From: Amphiscolops sp. MND2022
Lineage: Eukaryota
Direction: 5' to 3'
Assembly (NCBI GenBank): GCA_964187785.1
Contig: OZ076410.1
Span: forward strand, 80,228,001 to 80,292,000
Length of the DNA stretch: 64,000 nt
Part shown: positions 48,370-59,891 of the stretch, piece by piece
How positions within the stretch are numbered: position 1 is the stretch's first letter
How the letters are laid out: each line of letters starts with the position of its first letter
Notes under the pieces: generated by a model
The model's database searches: none
Told to the model about the DNA's origin: nothing
What the model saw: only the letters and a program-made list of their open reading frames with translations
Program-made: the position numbers and the translations under genes

Positions 48370-51300
48370 CTAATGTTTATAGCCTTTTCGTTCTTTATCC
48401 CTGAGAGAGCTACCAGGGGTGCTTCGTTCGCATTTAGGGTTTTTGGGTTTTTCGGAAAACTGTGTAGTTACTTTCTTCTTGAAGTAAGATAACTTTCCTG
48501 TTTTTGGGGAAATTTGATCGGGAGGGAGACATTGTGTGGATAGGAGGTACGGAAGGGAGAACCGGTGTTCTCTTGGGTAGAGGAGTGTTGGAAGAGAAAG
48601 CGAGTGGCAATACTGCCACGGGAAGGCGCTGTGTTTACATAGGTGGGAGTGGATTTGTTCCACAGCTGTGATGGGAACGTTCCCTTGGAACGGTGTTGTG
48701 GGACGTAGATGGTATCGGAGTGTGAAATTGTGGGGTTTTCGGAGAAAAGAATCCAGAATCGGTACTGGGGGAAAACTCAGAACCTTTGGTAGTGTTGTTG
48801 TTCGGCCCTGAAAGGGGGGTTATGATGAGTGGCATAAAATCATCTAGTTTGTGCTCAGGTTGTCCTGAATTGTGTTCGTCAATTTGACTCTGGACAAAGT
48901 GCTTGTAAAAATTATCGTCTTGTTCTATGGGAGCGTAATTTGTTAGCAATGGGGCCAAAGTTTCCTCTTTGGGAAAATATTCAAGTAAGTGAATTCGATG
49001 AGTGACTTTAACGTTTTCGGGGTTTTCATCTTCTTTCATCTCGTATGTGGTGTTAGTTATCTGTTTTGTTACCGTGAAGGGTCCAACTCGTAACTGTTTC
49101 AATTTCTGTGATTTGAATAGGTCGGGTTTGTGATTTTCTAATAGGACTTTTTGACCAACCTCAAGCGGTTGTCCCAGTTTGAAACGGTTCCGATACTCAT
49201 GAGCCTTCGATGTGATTTCTCTACACCTTTTGTAGGTAGATGAGTATATTGATTTGAATCGTTTTCCCTTGCTAGTAGTTGGGAAGATAACTGTGGTTTA
49301 AAGAGTCGATCAAGGGACTTGTTTCGGAGGTTATTTTCACTATGGGTGTGAGGTTGTAGATCCGCACAAAACTCTGATTAGCATTGTTTGTTTTTGTCGC
49401 GAACAAGTCCGAGTTTCAGCGTCATAGGTATTTGTGGTTTAACGCCAAAAACAATTTCGTAAGAAGCCATACCCGTTGTATAATTTACGCTTGTATTATG
49501 GGCAAAGGCAAATTTGGACGCAAGTGATGACCAATTGTTTCCTGACTCGTTGGTGAAGTATCTCATGAGATGTTTGTTTTGGACTTCGACTTTGCCGTTC
49601 GTCCAAGGCGAGTATGCAGTGCGTGGTGCCAGCGTTATCCCAAATTCTTTTGTCCAATTTACGAAATCACGGTTGATGAAAGCTGAGCCATTATTGTGGA
49701 CAATTTTTTGAGGGATGCCGTAGGATGTAATCCATTTTTCTAGTGCACTGATTGTAGTCTGAGCTCTTGTATCTCGAACACGGTAGACTCCAAGAAATCG
49801 TGAAAATGCATCTACTACAACTAGACAATGTGTGTTCAAATTACTGCTTGGTCTGATGGGTCCTTTGTGGTCGATATGAATTGTTTTGAAGGGGAGTGTT
49901 TCGAGCACGCCCCACTGCCCAAGAGGCGCTTCTTGTAAGTCGTGTCGTTTAGACTTGTTAGTCAGGCATTGTAAACAATCCTCTATTAGAGATACTATCC
50001 ACCTATATCGTCCAGGCCAAAAGAAATTCTGTCTGATGTTTTCGAATGTTTTGAATATGCCTGGATGGCCGCTGTGAGTGTGAGCGTGAGCAAGGTTGAA
50101 GAGGGGCAGGAATAAAGATAAGGGGACACAAATTTTCATGTCGTGTTTGTCCGTTCCATGAAAGGTTCGTTATAGCAGAGTAGATTGCATTCTTTATCGA
50201 GAAAAAGTTGGTTAAAATTAACAAAATAAGTTAGTAAGGCCTTCGATTGCTGTATTTCAGGTGTTTTGGTGGTTAGCTTGTTATTGTTTCTAACCCAGGT
50301 TCGTACTACTTGTAATACGGGGTCGTTAATTTGTTCTGCAACTAGAGTCGTGATATCAAGATCAGCGATTTTAGAATATTCACTCAGTTTTTGTAGGAGG
50401 TCATTAGTGTCAACGTGTGGGAACTGCTCGGCGTCTAAACTCTTATTTAATAGTGGTCTTTAAACCTTTTGTGAATCATTCTTTTCTTTTGCCGTTGATT
50501 TATCACAATAGAACTCGTGATCTCCGCTGGAAAGGTGGAGTTCGGCGACATCCTCTTCGTCATCACTAGAATCTGTTTCAATTTCGTCTATTCTACTATA
50601 TTCGAGTTCGCACTGCATTTTGTATGAGGGAAGACAGAGGTTTTTGTATTGGTTGATTGACTTTCCCAATTTGAAACAATCGGCGAGGTCTTGTCGAGTC
50701 GCCATTACTGTTTGTTGGTTCTCGTAGTGCTCTACTTCATGTTCCTCTCCGTCATTCTTGAGATGGAGTAGTCTTTGATCTTTGCCCTTTTGGCAAAGGA
50801 TAGGAAAAAGTCATTGCTTCCACACTGACCGTCGTCATTGTGCTCTATTGTACAATGTACTTTCGATCCAAATTCATCATAGAAACTGATATCTCGCGGT
50901 ATTTCTTTGTGTCGTTTTTGCAAGTTTTTGGTTTCCTCCAATGTGACGTTCCGACTGAGTATGTCTGGAAAAGCAATATTAGATTCTTTAGTCCAGATGA
51001 TTTTGAGGTTTTGGAACTTGGTGATGATTACCTGGTATTTGAAAAAGCGGTGTGAGAGTTGTCCTTTCCGCTCCCAAAGGTATAGAAGGGATTTGTGATC
51101 GCAGTAGAGGTGTATTGGGAATAGAGATCCGATATTGTAGTGTTCGTTTGTTGAAGAGCTGACACTATACCACACAATTTACGGTGAAGAGTGGACATAT
51201 TTGTTCAGCTTTGTCAAATACGCGGGAATTGAAAGAAACTATCCTCTTTCCTTCTGGAAATTGTTGCAATTGGATACAACCGGTACCAACATTTGAAGAA

Positions 51301-53920
51301 TCTACGTGTGTGTGAAAGGGGTACTCAGTTGAAGGGACAGCAAGAATAGTGTCTTCTTTTTTACGACTTTTTATATCGGTGAAAAGATCTTCATGTTCTT
51401 TCGTCCATTTAAAAGGTGTTGTACTTTTGATCAAATCGTAGAAGGGCTGACTGTCCACATGTAAGTTTTTGATATAGCAACTATAAAACCAAAGACAGCC
51501 AAGTGTTTTCATCACATCCTTTTTACTTTCGGGTGATTTCAAGTTTTTGAGATCCTGTACTCGTTTTGCTAAGGGCTGTATTCCTTGTTCAGAAATAACA
51601 TGACCCAGGAATTTGACTTTTCCGATGAAGAAGTTTGTCTTCTCAGGTGCAGCTTTAAGTCCGGCTTTCCTCAGGAGTTACTGTGAACATTTTTTGTTTA
51701 GTCTGAGCCTGCATTAGGCTGTCATCAAGGTAGGTGATAGCTTGTTTTCGTTTGATAAGGGGCTCGAAATGAATAGCCATGAAACGGCTAAAAAAGTAAA
51801 AGAGTCCGTAAAAACCGCGTACAAACGTAAACTGTTTTCCGCCGATGATGAAACTAGTGAGCTTTTGGGTCTCGTCGCTCAATGGTACTCGATGATATGC
51901 GCAAGATAAGTCGCTGACTGTGAAGAACTTTCATTAATTCGAGTCATGATCAACTGTATGGGTTCTAATGTCCACGAGTAATTCTTTAGATCCGTTATGG
52001 AGTTTAGGTAGCGGGCGTCGATTACTAACTTTACGTAGTCTGCTTTGGGCATTAGAATGATCGGATTGACAAAAAAGGAACTAATTCGTCATCGTCTCCC
52101 ATTTCTCTAATGATATCGGCTTCTTGGAGTTGTCCAAGTAGTTTCTCCAGTTTGTCTTTCAAGTGAATGGGTACTTTGCTTGGTCGTTGTTTTTTGAGTT
52201 CCGAATTTGCTTTGAGGGTTACGTGAAAGTTTTGACGTAATTTTCCCACGTCAAGTTTGTGTTATGAATACACGTCCGCTGCATCATTAAGCATGTCTAT
52301 CAAGACAACCAATTCTTCATCTTGAAGGTCAGTTTACCGGGAATCGAATTTTCTTACGTATTCCTTGATTTCTTCAAGCTGATATTGGAGATAGTAATCT
52401 ATCAATGCGTCGTTGTCTTCTTTTGTTCTAAGTTCGACAAATTGTTCTGTACAGGGTGGCTGACAAGATTTAGCATCTTTAGCAAAATGATGTTTTAGTT
52501 TCAAAATCTTCAGTGCCATTAGCAAATTGTTCCATGTAATGGTCAATGTCTCCTTCTTCTACTTCTTCTTTTCGTATGGAGGCATTAAGAAATTGAAGGT
52601 TTGCTTCGTTTTGTGATACGATCTCAACTTTAATGTGTTCATAATCGAAGTTGTTACGGATTATGTCCAGAGCTTCTTTCCAGTGGATGTTGTCTAGGCA
52701 GTCTTCAGTTTAGGGTATTGAAATTGCAGGTATATTGTTAAGCTGTGCGTGTCCAAACAGATTTTCGATGCAACTACGAAAATCCTCAGGTTCAATTTTT
52801 TCGTAGCATCATTTCTTTGCAACTAGTCCATAGATAAAGCGGTTAGCTTCGTTATCCCAAAAGGTCTTAAAACCGATCCAACGAAATGTTTCGATTGGTT
52901 TACGAATTTCTGGAAATCTTTCTTTTTGCACAACTTTCTTGCAAACGTGGTCGTCAATTTTCCATCTGCTGAGACGCAAAAAGCTCGATTTGCATTTGAA
53001 GCTCGAAGGGTCGCGCCGGAGCTGTGGCTTAGAAAAACTTGTTGATCTCCTTCGTGCTCGAAAGGAACTGTTGAGTGTGGTAAGAAACAGTCATTGTAGT
53101 CAGGGTTCTCCTTTAAAATTGTGTTGACAATCGTGACACAATCTTTTATCTGGAACTTCGGTCGTTCTCTTTCCTGTAGATCTATGATAGCATGACCAAA
53201 TATCCCTCTATCAAAGGTTATCTGGTGATTTCGATTATTTTCAATCAATTATTTCATTGGCAGGTGGGTTTCGGATTTCGTACATAAAACATTCACAAAG
53301 GTAAGTCCTGTTTTGACTGCCTTTTTGTGGGGTGTGAATGATGTTCCGGGTGCAAAATGTCTGTTGTTCTCGCGAGAATATTTGTGTAGACGGGTGGTTT
53401 TGGCATGGATACAAATTGGGTCATCTGATCGTATTGTTTCGACTTTTGAAACGTACGGGAAACATTAATAGCACAAAGGTTACCGTAGCGAATTGTGTTA
53501 GGACTATCTTTCAATTCGATTGCAGGCAAATCAAAATGTAATTCAGAAACAAGTTGACGGCAGAAATCTACTCCCAGCAAATTGGGTGTCTTCGCTTCTG
53601 TTATTCAAATTTTTAGTTCTACGGGATGGAGTACATCGAAAGTAAATATGATTGTTGTTGATCCGAGCATCGGTATAACTTCACCAGTATAGGTTGGAGT
53701 CAGTTGCTTGCTTCTGACTACCGTGATGGGTTGTCCAAATTGTGCAATTTCCTTAAAAGCTCTATAATTGATAATCGAGCAGGCTGCTCCTGTGTCTAAC
53801 ATGAGTTCTATTTCTAACCCACTATCTTTTTTGGAGTCTCCGCGGTCTCCTGAGATCAAGGTGAAATCGTGATTTGAGGTTACTTTCTTCGTCAAGTCGC
53901 AGAGACTTTAGCAGTTTAAA
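48370..53920 (-). pseudogene. pol: Gypsy-type pol (PR-RT-RH-INT, broken)
   Basis: PR LMLDTGAACSII. RT DLSCAYH..PL and TYLDD (51721-51735). RH HVDSSNVGTG and YCDHKSL. Integrase HAHTHSGHPG, IHIDHKGP, NGKVEVQNK, and a GPF tail. Confidence 0.92.
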
Positions 53921-55291
53921 GGATTGAACGAGATTGTACTAACTCTGTCCTGTCCTTCTTCGTCGATTAACTGTACGGAGTTTGAGAAACTGTTTTTGTT
54001 GGTTGGGAAATTCGTATTGTACTCAGAATTTGTGTTTTGTGGTCGTGCACTGAAGTTATACGGGCTAGTTGGCCTATTTCCAGTATGGGGGGTATTGCGT
54101 CGCAAATTATTGATAGTAGGAGTCGGTCTACTACCTGAAGAGTGATTGTTGTTGCTAGTGAAGTTGTTGAAGTTGTTCGGCTGCTGAAAGTTATTTCGGT
54201 TCCAGTTATCATTTCGATTGTTTCCCTCGTTAGGTCTGCCTCTGTTGAAGTTTAGGTTAGACTGTTGGTTCTTTCTCTGATTATTAGTGAAGTTCGGTCT
54301 TGGTGAGGGCTGATAATTTTCTTGTGATCCAAATCCGGTCCCTTCCGCTTGTTGTAGTCGTTAGTGAAGAAGACCTTCTTCTCTTCATTAGCTCTTGATT
54401 GTGCTCTCTTGGCTTCGTCATCATAGATCTTCTTGGAGTGTGTGACCATTTATTTGGCAATATTTACAAAATCGTGTGATATTTTGGCGGGACGTATTAT
54501 TTACGTCTACTGCAGAGATGTGATAGTCATGACAGTGGGAGGATGAGCATCCGTAGGATAAAGGATTAGTTACAGCTAAAGAACTGACTTGCTGTTCTTT
54601 TGGCATATCCTTCATTGCATTTATGTTTTCTCGTAGTTCATTTATCAATGTTTTTTTGGTTTTGTGAAGAAATCGGGGTTAACTGCGAGCTGATAGTAAA
54701 AACAAGGTCTTTATTAGTTACGTGTTCCTGAATTTGTTCCCAAGTAGCGTTGGGGTGTTCAATTAAGTATTGGTGAGCCTTGTTCTTGAGTTCGCTTGGC
54801 GTTAGTCCTCTGACTGCAAATTCAAAATACTTTTGTCTTCTTTGGGCGTTCAGTGCAACTCAGGCTGCGTTGTCCGCACTTTCTTCATCTGGCCATCCTC
54901 TGTCAACAGCTCGTTTCACTCGAAGAAAGTAGTTCTTTATTATTTCTTCATTTCCTCTGACACTGTTTTCTGCAGTTATTCTATATCTGTATTTATCTCT
55001 ATTGTCGGAAAAGCGGGTTAGAAAATGTGTTCTGATATGCTGCCAATCAAGGCCATCTCCTATGTTGTTTGCATACAATTCGGCGGCAGGTCCTCTTAGG
55101 AGAGATGAAAAAAGTGCCTTTTTGCGAAATAAGTATCTTGCTCGTTCGTCATCATTGTCGGGTTCATAGCCCATCGAGAAATTGATTTTGTTCTCAACAG
55201 TTGTGAGAAATGATCTAACATCTTGTTCAGGATCGTTTCCTGAGAATTTGTCCAACGCGAGGTCGGGAAACGAAACTGTATTATCTGCCAT
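53908..55291 (-). pseudogene. gag: Gypsy-type gag (broken)
   Basis: MADNTVSFPDLALDKFSGNDPEQDVRSFL... starts 22 bp after the PBS. Degenerate knuckle CKYCQINGH; Asn/Ser-rich tail ending ...NPLNC*. Confidence 0.8.
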
Positions 55292-55312
55292 TCTTCTTTT
55301 TTCTTTGTATGT

Positions 55313-55330
55313 GTCTCACTGGTCGCACCA
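55313..55330 (-). promoter_or_regulatory. Primer-binding site TGGTGCGACCAGTGAGAC
   Basis: Starts with TGG, 3 nt after the LTR end (...TTTTACA). Complementary to a tRNA 3' end; isoacceptor not assigned. Confidence 0.8.
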
Positions 55331-55333
55331 GGT

Positions 55334-58055
55334 TGTAAAAGTTCGTGTGGGTTTAGGAAAAATTAGCTTTTGGTGATTCTCAGTCAGTTGTGTCTAGGAG
55401 TTGGTTTGCAACTATGTCTTCCTAAACCTTTGCAAAAGTTTGTTTCTAGGTCTTCCGAGTTCGCAGGAAGGACTTTGTTTCGAGAGAAGGGTTTATATTT
55501 TGAAAAGAATTTGAATTAGTTCGAGTATTATCTTCAACAATGTTCGTTATTATACAATACGCAAGAATATAATACAAACAGAACAATAAAATCATCCAAA
55601 TTGACACAAATATCCAATCAATTAAATCTGAATTGTTTAACATTCACCAGAAATAAATACGTCAGTGTATTAAGGTAGCAATACTCAGGTAAGATGTTCA
55701 AATACTGTAAAAAATGGACTTTTGGAGTCCTATAAAGTCCAACAATTTTTTAGGATGAAGAGTATTGAAATTTTGGTCTGGAATGTGAGATTAGCTCAGC
55801 CTGTTGACAACGGTATGACAGGTTTGTCAAAAGTTCTAGCTTATAGGAAGCTGAAGAGTTTATATTGTTAAGTTTTAACTTATATGATCATCAATAGCAA
55901 AGTCGAAGACAAGATTGTCTAACGTGAAGACTTTGGAGAACTCTTGCAAGTCTAGATAAAGTAAAGTCTTATTAACCAGCGTTTAGCTAGGTTTTGTGTT
56001 TGGACAGGCTTGCCAATAGCTGCTTGAACATAAGGTTCCTTGCAGTGTTCTAAGAGTGTAACCTATTGCAATGGACTAGCAGGTTTGCTAAGTCGAAAAA
56101 GAGACAAGATTGTCTAACGTCAAGACTTTGAAGATACTTATTAACGTCAAGACTTATTAACTAGCGTTTAGCTAGTTTTTGTGTTTGGACAGGCTTGCCA
56201 ATAGCTACTTGAACATAAGGTTCCTTACAGTGTTCTAAGAGTTCAACCTATTGCAATGGACTAGCAGGTTTGCTAAGTCGAAAAAGAGACACGATTGTCT
56301 AACGTCAAGACTTTGAAGAAGTCTTGCAAGTCTCAGTAAAGTAAAGGTCTTATTAACCAGCGTTTAGCTAGGTTTTGTGTTTGGACAGGCTTGCCAATAG
56401 CTACTTGAACATAAGGTTCCTTGCAGTGTTCTAAGAGTTTAACCTATTGCAATGGACTAGCAGTTTTGCTAAGTCGAAAAAGAGAAGGATTGTCTAACGT
56501 CAAGACTTTGAAGAGACTTATTAACGTCAAGACTTATTAACTAGCGTTTAGCTAGTTTTTGTGTTTGGACAGGCTTGCCAATAGCTACTTGAACATAAGG
56601 TTCCTTGCAGTGTTCTAAGAGTTCAAGCTATTGCAATGGACTAGCAGTTTTGCTAAGTCGAAAAAGAGACACGATTGTCTAACGTCAAGACTTTGAAGAA
56701 GTCTTGCAAGTCTAAGTAAAGTAAAGGTCTTATAAACCAGCGTTTAGCTAGGTTTTGTGTTTGGACAGTCTTGCCAATAGCTACTTGAACATAAGGTTCC
56801 TTGCAGTGTTCTAAGAGTTTAACCTATTGCAATGAACTAGCAGTTTTGCTAAGTCGAAAAAGAGAAGGATTGTCTAACGTCAAGACTTTGAAGAAGTCTT
56901 GCAAGTCTAAGTAGAGTAAAGGTCCTATTAACGAGCGTTTAGCTAGGTTGCTTTTTGTACAGAATTGTCAGAAAACTCGATCTTAAGGTCCGGCTAAAGT
57001 AAGTTGAGAGATTACATGCATTTTAGTTTTTAATTTTAATTTAACATATAAATTAACTTTAACTAGCATTTGCTAGGTCTTGACGCGATAGCGTACTTTA
57101 GAGATAAGATAAGTCTCAATCGAGAATCTGGTTTCTTTGGAGCGTTTAGCTCAAGATAGAATTCCATGTGATTGCATAGGAGAACCTTGTTGGTTAACTT
57201 TTTGTTCAGTCGAATGACTGCGAATTCGTTGTCACGAAGACAAGGATAAAAGAAAAGGGAAGAAATTTTGACTTGTGAATTTTGTTGTTATTTTCTTAGG
57301 TAAAGAAAATAACTTACCTAAAAAGTGAAGTGAGCGGAGTTTTGAAGATTTGTTTATTTTTGAGAGGAAGAGAGTGACGGATTTGCTCTTGTTTGGGAGG
57401 TGAAAAACTGTGAGAAGCGAATGATCGTCTTTAGAAAGGGTGGCCCTTTTATATAAATCAGAAAGCACGAGCAGCCAATCACATTAATCGGTGCATTTTA
57501 TTGGGCACGAATAATTAACGTCACATTCTCGGTCCTTACTCGGGAATGACTTCGGGACCAGGCACGGCCGAGTACAAGTCGGCAAAGATTGCATCAGCTA
57601 GTCATTTAACTCGGCTAGCCGAGTTGGCTGATGCAATTTTTGTTTATGTCAGGGGAATTCGTCCTCTCAAGTGGGGACATTTGGTCTCGCTTGAATAATC
57701 TTTTGTTCTCAAATTGAGAAGCTACGGCCGCACAAGTGGCGCCCATTGTTCTCTTCTCAGAGATATTTGCTCGCACAAGTGGCGTCGCATATTGTCTTTT
57801 TTCAGAGAGAATAAAAGAGAATTATTTGCACAAGTGGCAAGCGTCTCTTTTGTAAAGGGGAATTTGTTCTTTCAAGTGACGCGCAGTTGTGAATTTGTTT
57901 ACTTCTAAAATTCTTTCAAGCGTGCCTTGAAAATTGAAAGATTGCGAAAAATGATTTACGGAAAATGAATGATTTTATTCTAGCTCCGATGAAATAATTT
58001 CATAGAAATGTTTTAATAATATTAAACTGAAGAAAAAGATGTGTTAAACACAACA
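55334..58055 (-). repeat. 5' LTR (~2.72 kb)
   Basis: Homologous to 38502-40454. TATATAAAA at 57447-57455 (minus), CCAAT motifs upstream, AATAAA at ~57355. Confidence 0.9.
55900..56950. repeat. Tandem array of ~184-196 bp units inside the 5' LTR (5.5 units)
   Basis: Unit starts (AAGTCGAA) at 55900, 56090, 56275, 56471, 56655 and 56851. The 3' LTR has only 39096 and 39287. Confidence 0.95.
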
Positions 58056-58322
58056 ACATAAGGAAACGAAAAAGACTCAACGATTCAGACTTTTCGATGT
58101 CAACAGTACTTTCTTTGATTTTGAAAAACATCAAATTTCTTGATGAAAACGACTTGTAAGTAACGGACTGTTTGTTGTTCGACTCTCTGCAATCGAACTT
58201 TCTGCAGCATGAATTCGAATGTGACGAAATTTCGAAAAAAAAAATCACAACTGGGAAAATAATTATATTTTTCCTCATAGAGTTTGGGCGGAAGAACATC
58301 CTTGTAAGGAATAAATGAATTG

Positions 58323-58421
58323 TTTAGAAAGTTTAGAAAGTAGATAATTTAGAAAGTAGTTTTAGAAAGTAGATTATATTTCGATTATTAGAAAGTAGTC
58401 TAGAAAGTAGATTATATTTCG
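58323..58421. repeat. TAGAAAGT-based minisatellite
   Basis: Six TAGAAAGT motifs in ~100 bp. Confidence 0.8.
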
Positions 58422-59052
58422 TTGCCAATTACATTCCGTTTTATAACTTTGTTTTCACGCTTTCACTCCTGAACAAGGTTTTTTTGTGTACGCACCACTT
58501 GCCCATTAGAACGTGACGCTAAAGTGCTGTTTATTATATTGTTAATAATCAAATAATTTATTTGAATTCTTTTCCATTTTTCAAATTTCAACGTTCGATT
58601 CCAAATTTAGGATGCATCTTCTGGGCAGCTTGACGAAAAATTCAATTGATTCAGTGATATTTTGATGCATGGAAGTTTCCTTGAGAGTTTATAAAGTAAT
58701 AAATTAGCTTGGCAACCCAAAATGAAATAAAACCGAGAAACGTCAATTCAAGGACATTTATGTTTTGTAACACTCTGACAGAATTCTGTCAGAGGTTTAC
58801 AAAATCATATAATATGTGCTTTGCAACCTACAGTAACATGTGAAAAGATGAAGTAGTTTCAATTAAGGCTTAAAGTGCAGCCAAATTGCGTCTCGTTTTG
58901 AGAAAAAAAATCATTAACGTTCCAGTTTTGCCTCCCTGTCGCTCTAAAGTGAGGATGAAAGTGAAGAGAAAATTACACGTGAGTTTTCAGAGTGTGCAAA
59001 GAATTAGCATTCATCTAAATTTGATTATGCCACTTTTTACAGAGAAACTGAC

Positions 59053-59271
59053 CGTCTTGAAGAGGGATGTTGTTTGAAGAGTTCATGAGTTTGAAGACGG
59101 AGCCGTAGCAGATGCAGATGACAGTGAGGGGGACGATGTAGGACACGGCGAAGAAGAGCGAGTACCACACGAGTGTCTTCTCCTTGCTCCACCGCTCCGA
59201 GCAGTACTTGGATGTCTCTGTGGGGTTGGGCCACGTGGAAAACCCCGCTGGCATGCACACGACCAGACATG
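59053..59271 (-). CDS. Internal exon of a class A (rhodopsin-family, peptide-receptor-like) GPCR: TM4 end, ECL2, TM5
   Basis: Acceptor TTTACAG| and donor |GTCAGT; 219 nt, phase 1-1; GC3-rich. Translation CLVVCMPAGFSTWPNPTETSKYCSERWSKEKTLVWYSLFFAVSYIVPLTVICICYGSVFKLM shows the ECL2 Cys and the TM5 'Y.VPL.VI..CY' pattern. Confidence 0.85.
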
Positions 59272-59554
59272 CTGTAAATTCACAAATGTGAGAATTAATA
59301 TACTTGAAGTTGAAAAGGAAGATTGTTGTCGTGGAGTTTTACTAGCTGATTTAGTAACTCAGATAAAAGATCTGTTGACAATGTTTAATCGACTGAACAC
59401 TATCACAACCATATCCTCGACCTTACATCGAGAAGTTGCAAAACTTTCAAAAAAATTTCCAAATGTTTTCAAAGCTTCATTTCTCAAAAATAATAGCCGC
59501 TGCACAAACGGTTTTCCGCTCCTGCCCTAGTTGAATCTGTTTGAACTTTTTGCT

Positions 59555-59855
59555 TGCTGCAGGCCTGCATGCAGGGTAACTTTTTTCATAAAACCGAGAA
59601 AATTCAGTAAGCATCCGGTGGTAAATCTTGTAGAATAATTCTCCAATAATGCAATTAAATTTGAAAATGAATCTCACTTCCTTACGGGAATGATCACGTT
59701 GTAATCACACATTAATTTTTCAACTTCTCATCTGATTCAATCACCTCTTCTCAAACAGGACGCTGAGAGTTTCCGCGAGAGATTTAGAAAATCATTGAAA
59801 AAGTTGCTGGCAACTTTAAAGAACATATAAGAAGTTCAAGCAAGATCAACAAGGG
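59555..59855 (+). mobile_element. Non-autonomous DNA element (hAT-like CAGG terminus), uninterrupted copy
   Basis: Homologous to 22945-23155 plus ~25262-25350. Confidence 0.55.
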
Positions 59856-59891
59856 TGAAAGCTCTTTACCTGAGATTTCAAATGCACACTA

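Larger units (their letters stand above)
38502..58055 (-). mobile_element. ~19.5 kb env-bearing Gypsy/metavirus-type provirus with accessory ORFs (decayed)
   Basis: Paired long LTRs with TG..CA ends, an 18-nt PBS, gag, PR-RT-RH-INT order, a signal-peptide/TM glycoprotein and additional ORFs. Possible 4-bp TSD CCAT/ACAT (3 of 4 match). Confidence 0.9.
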
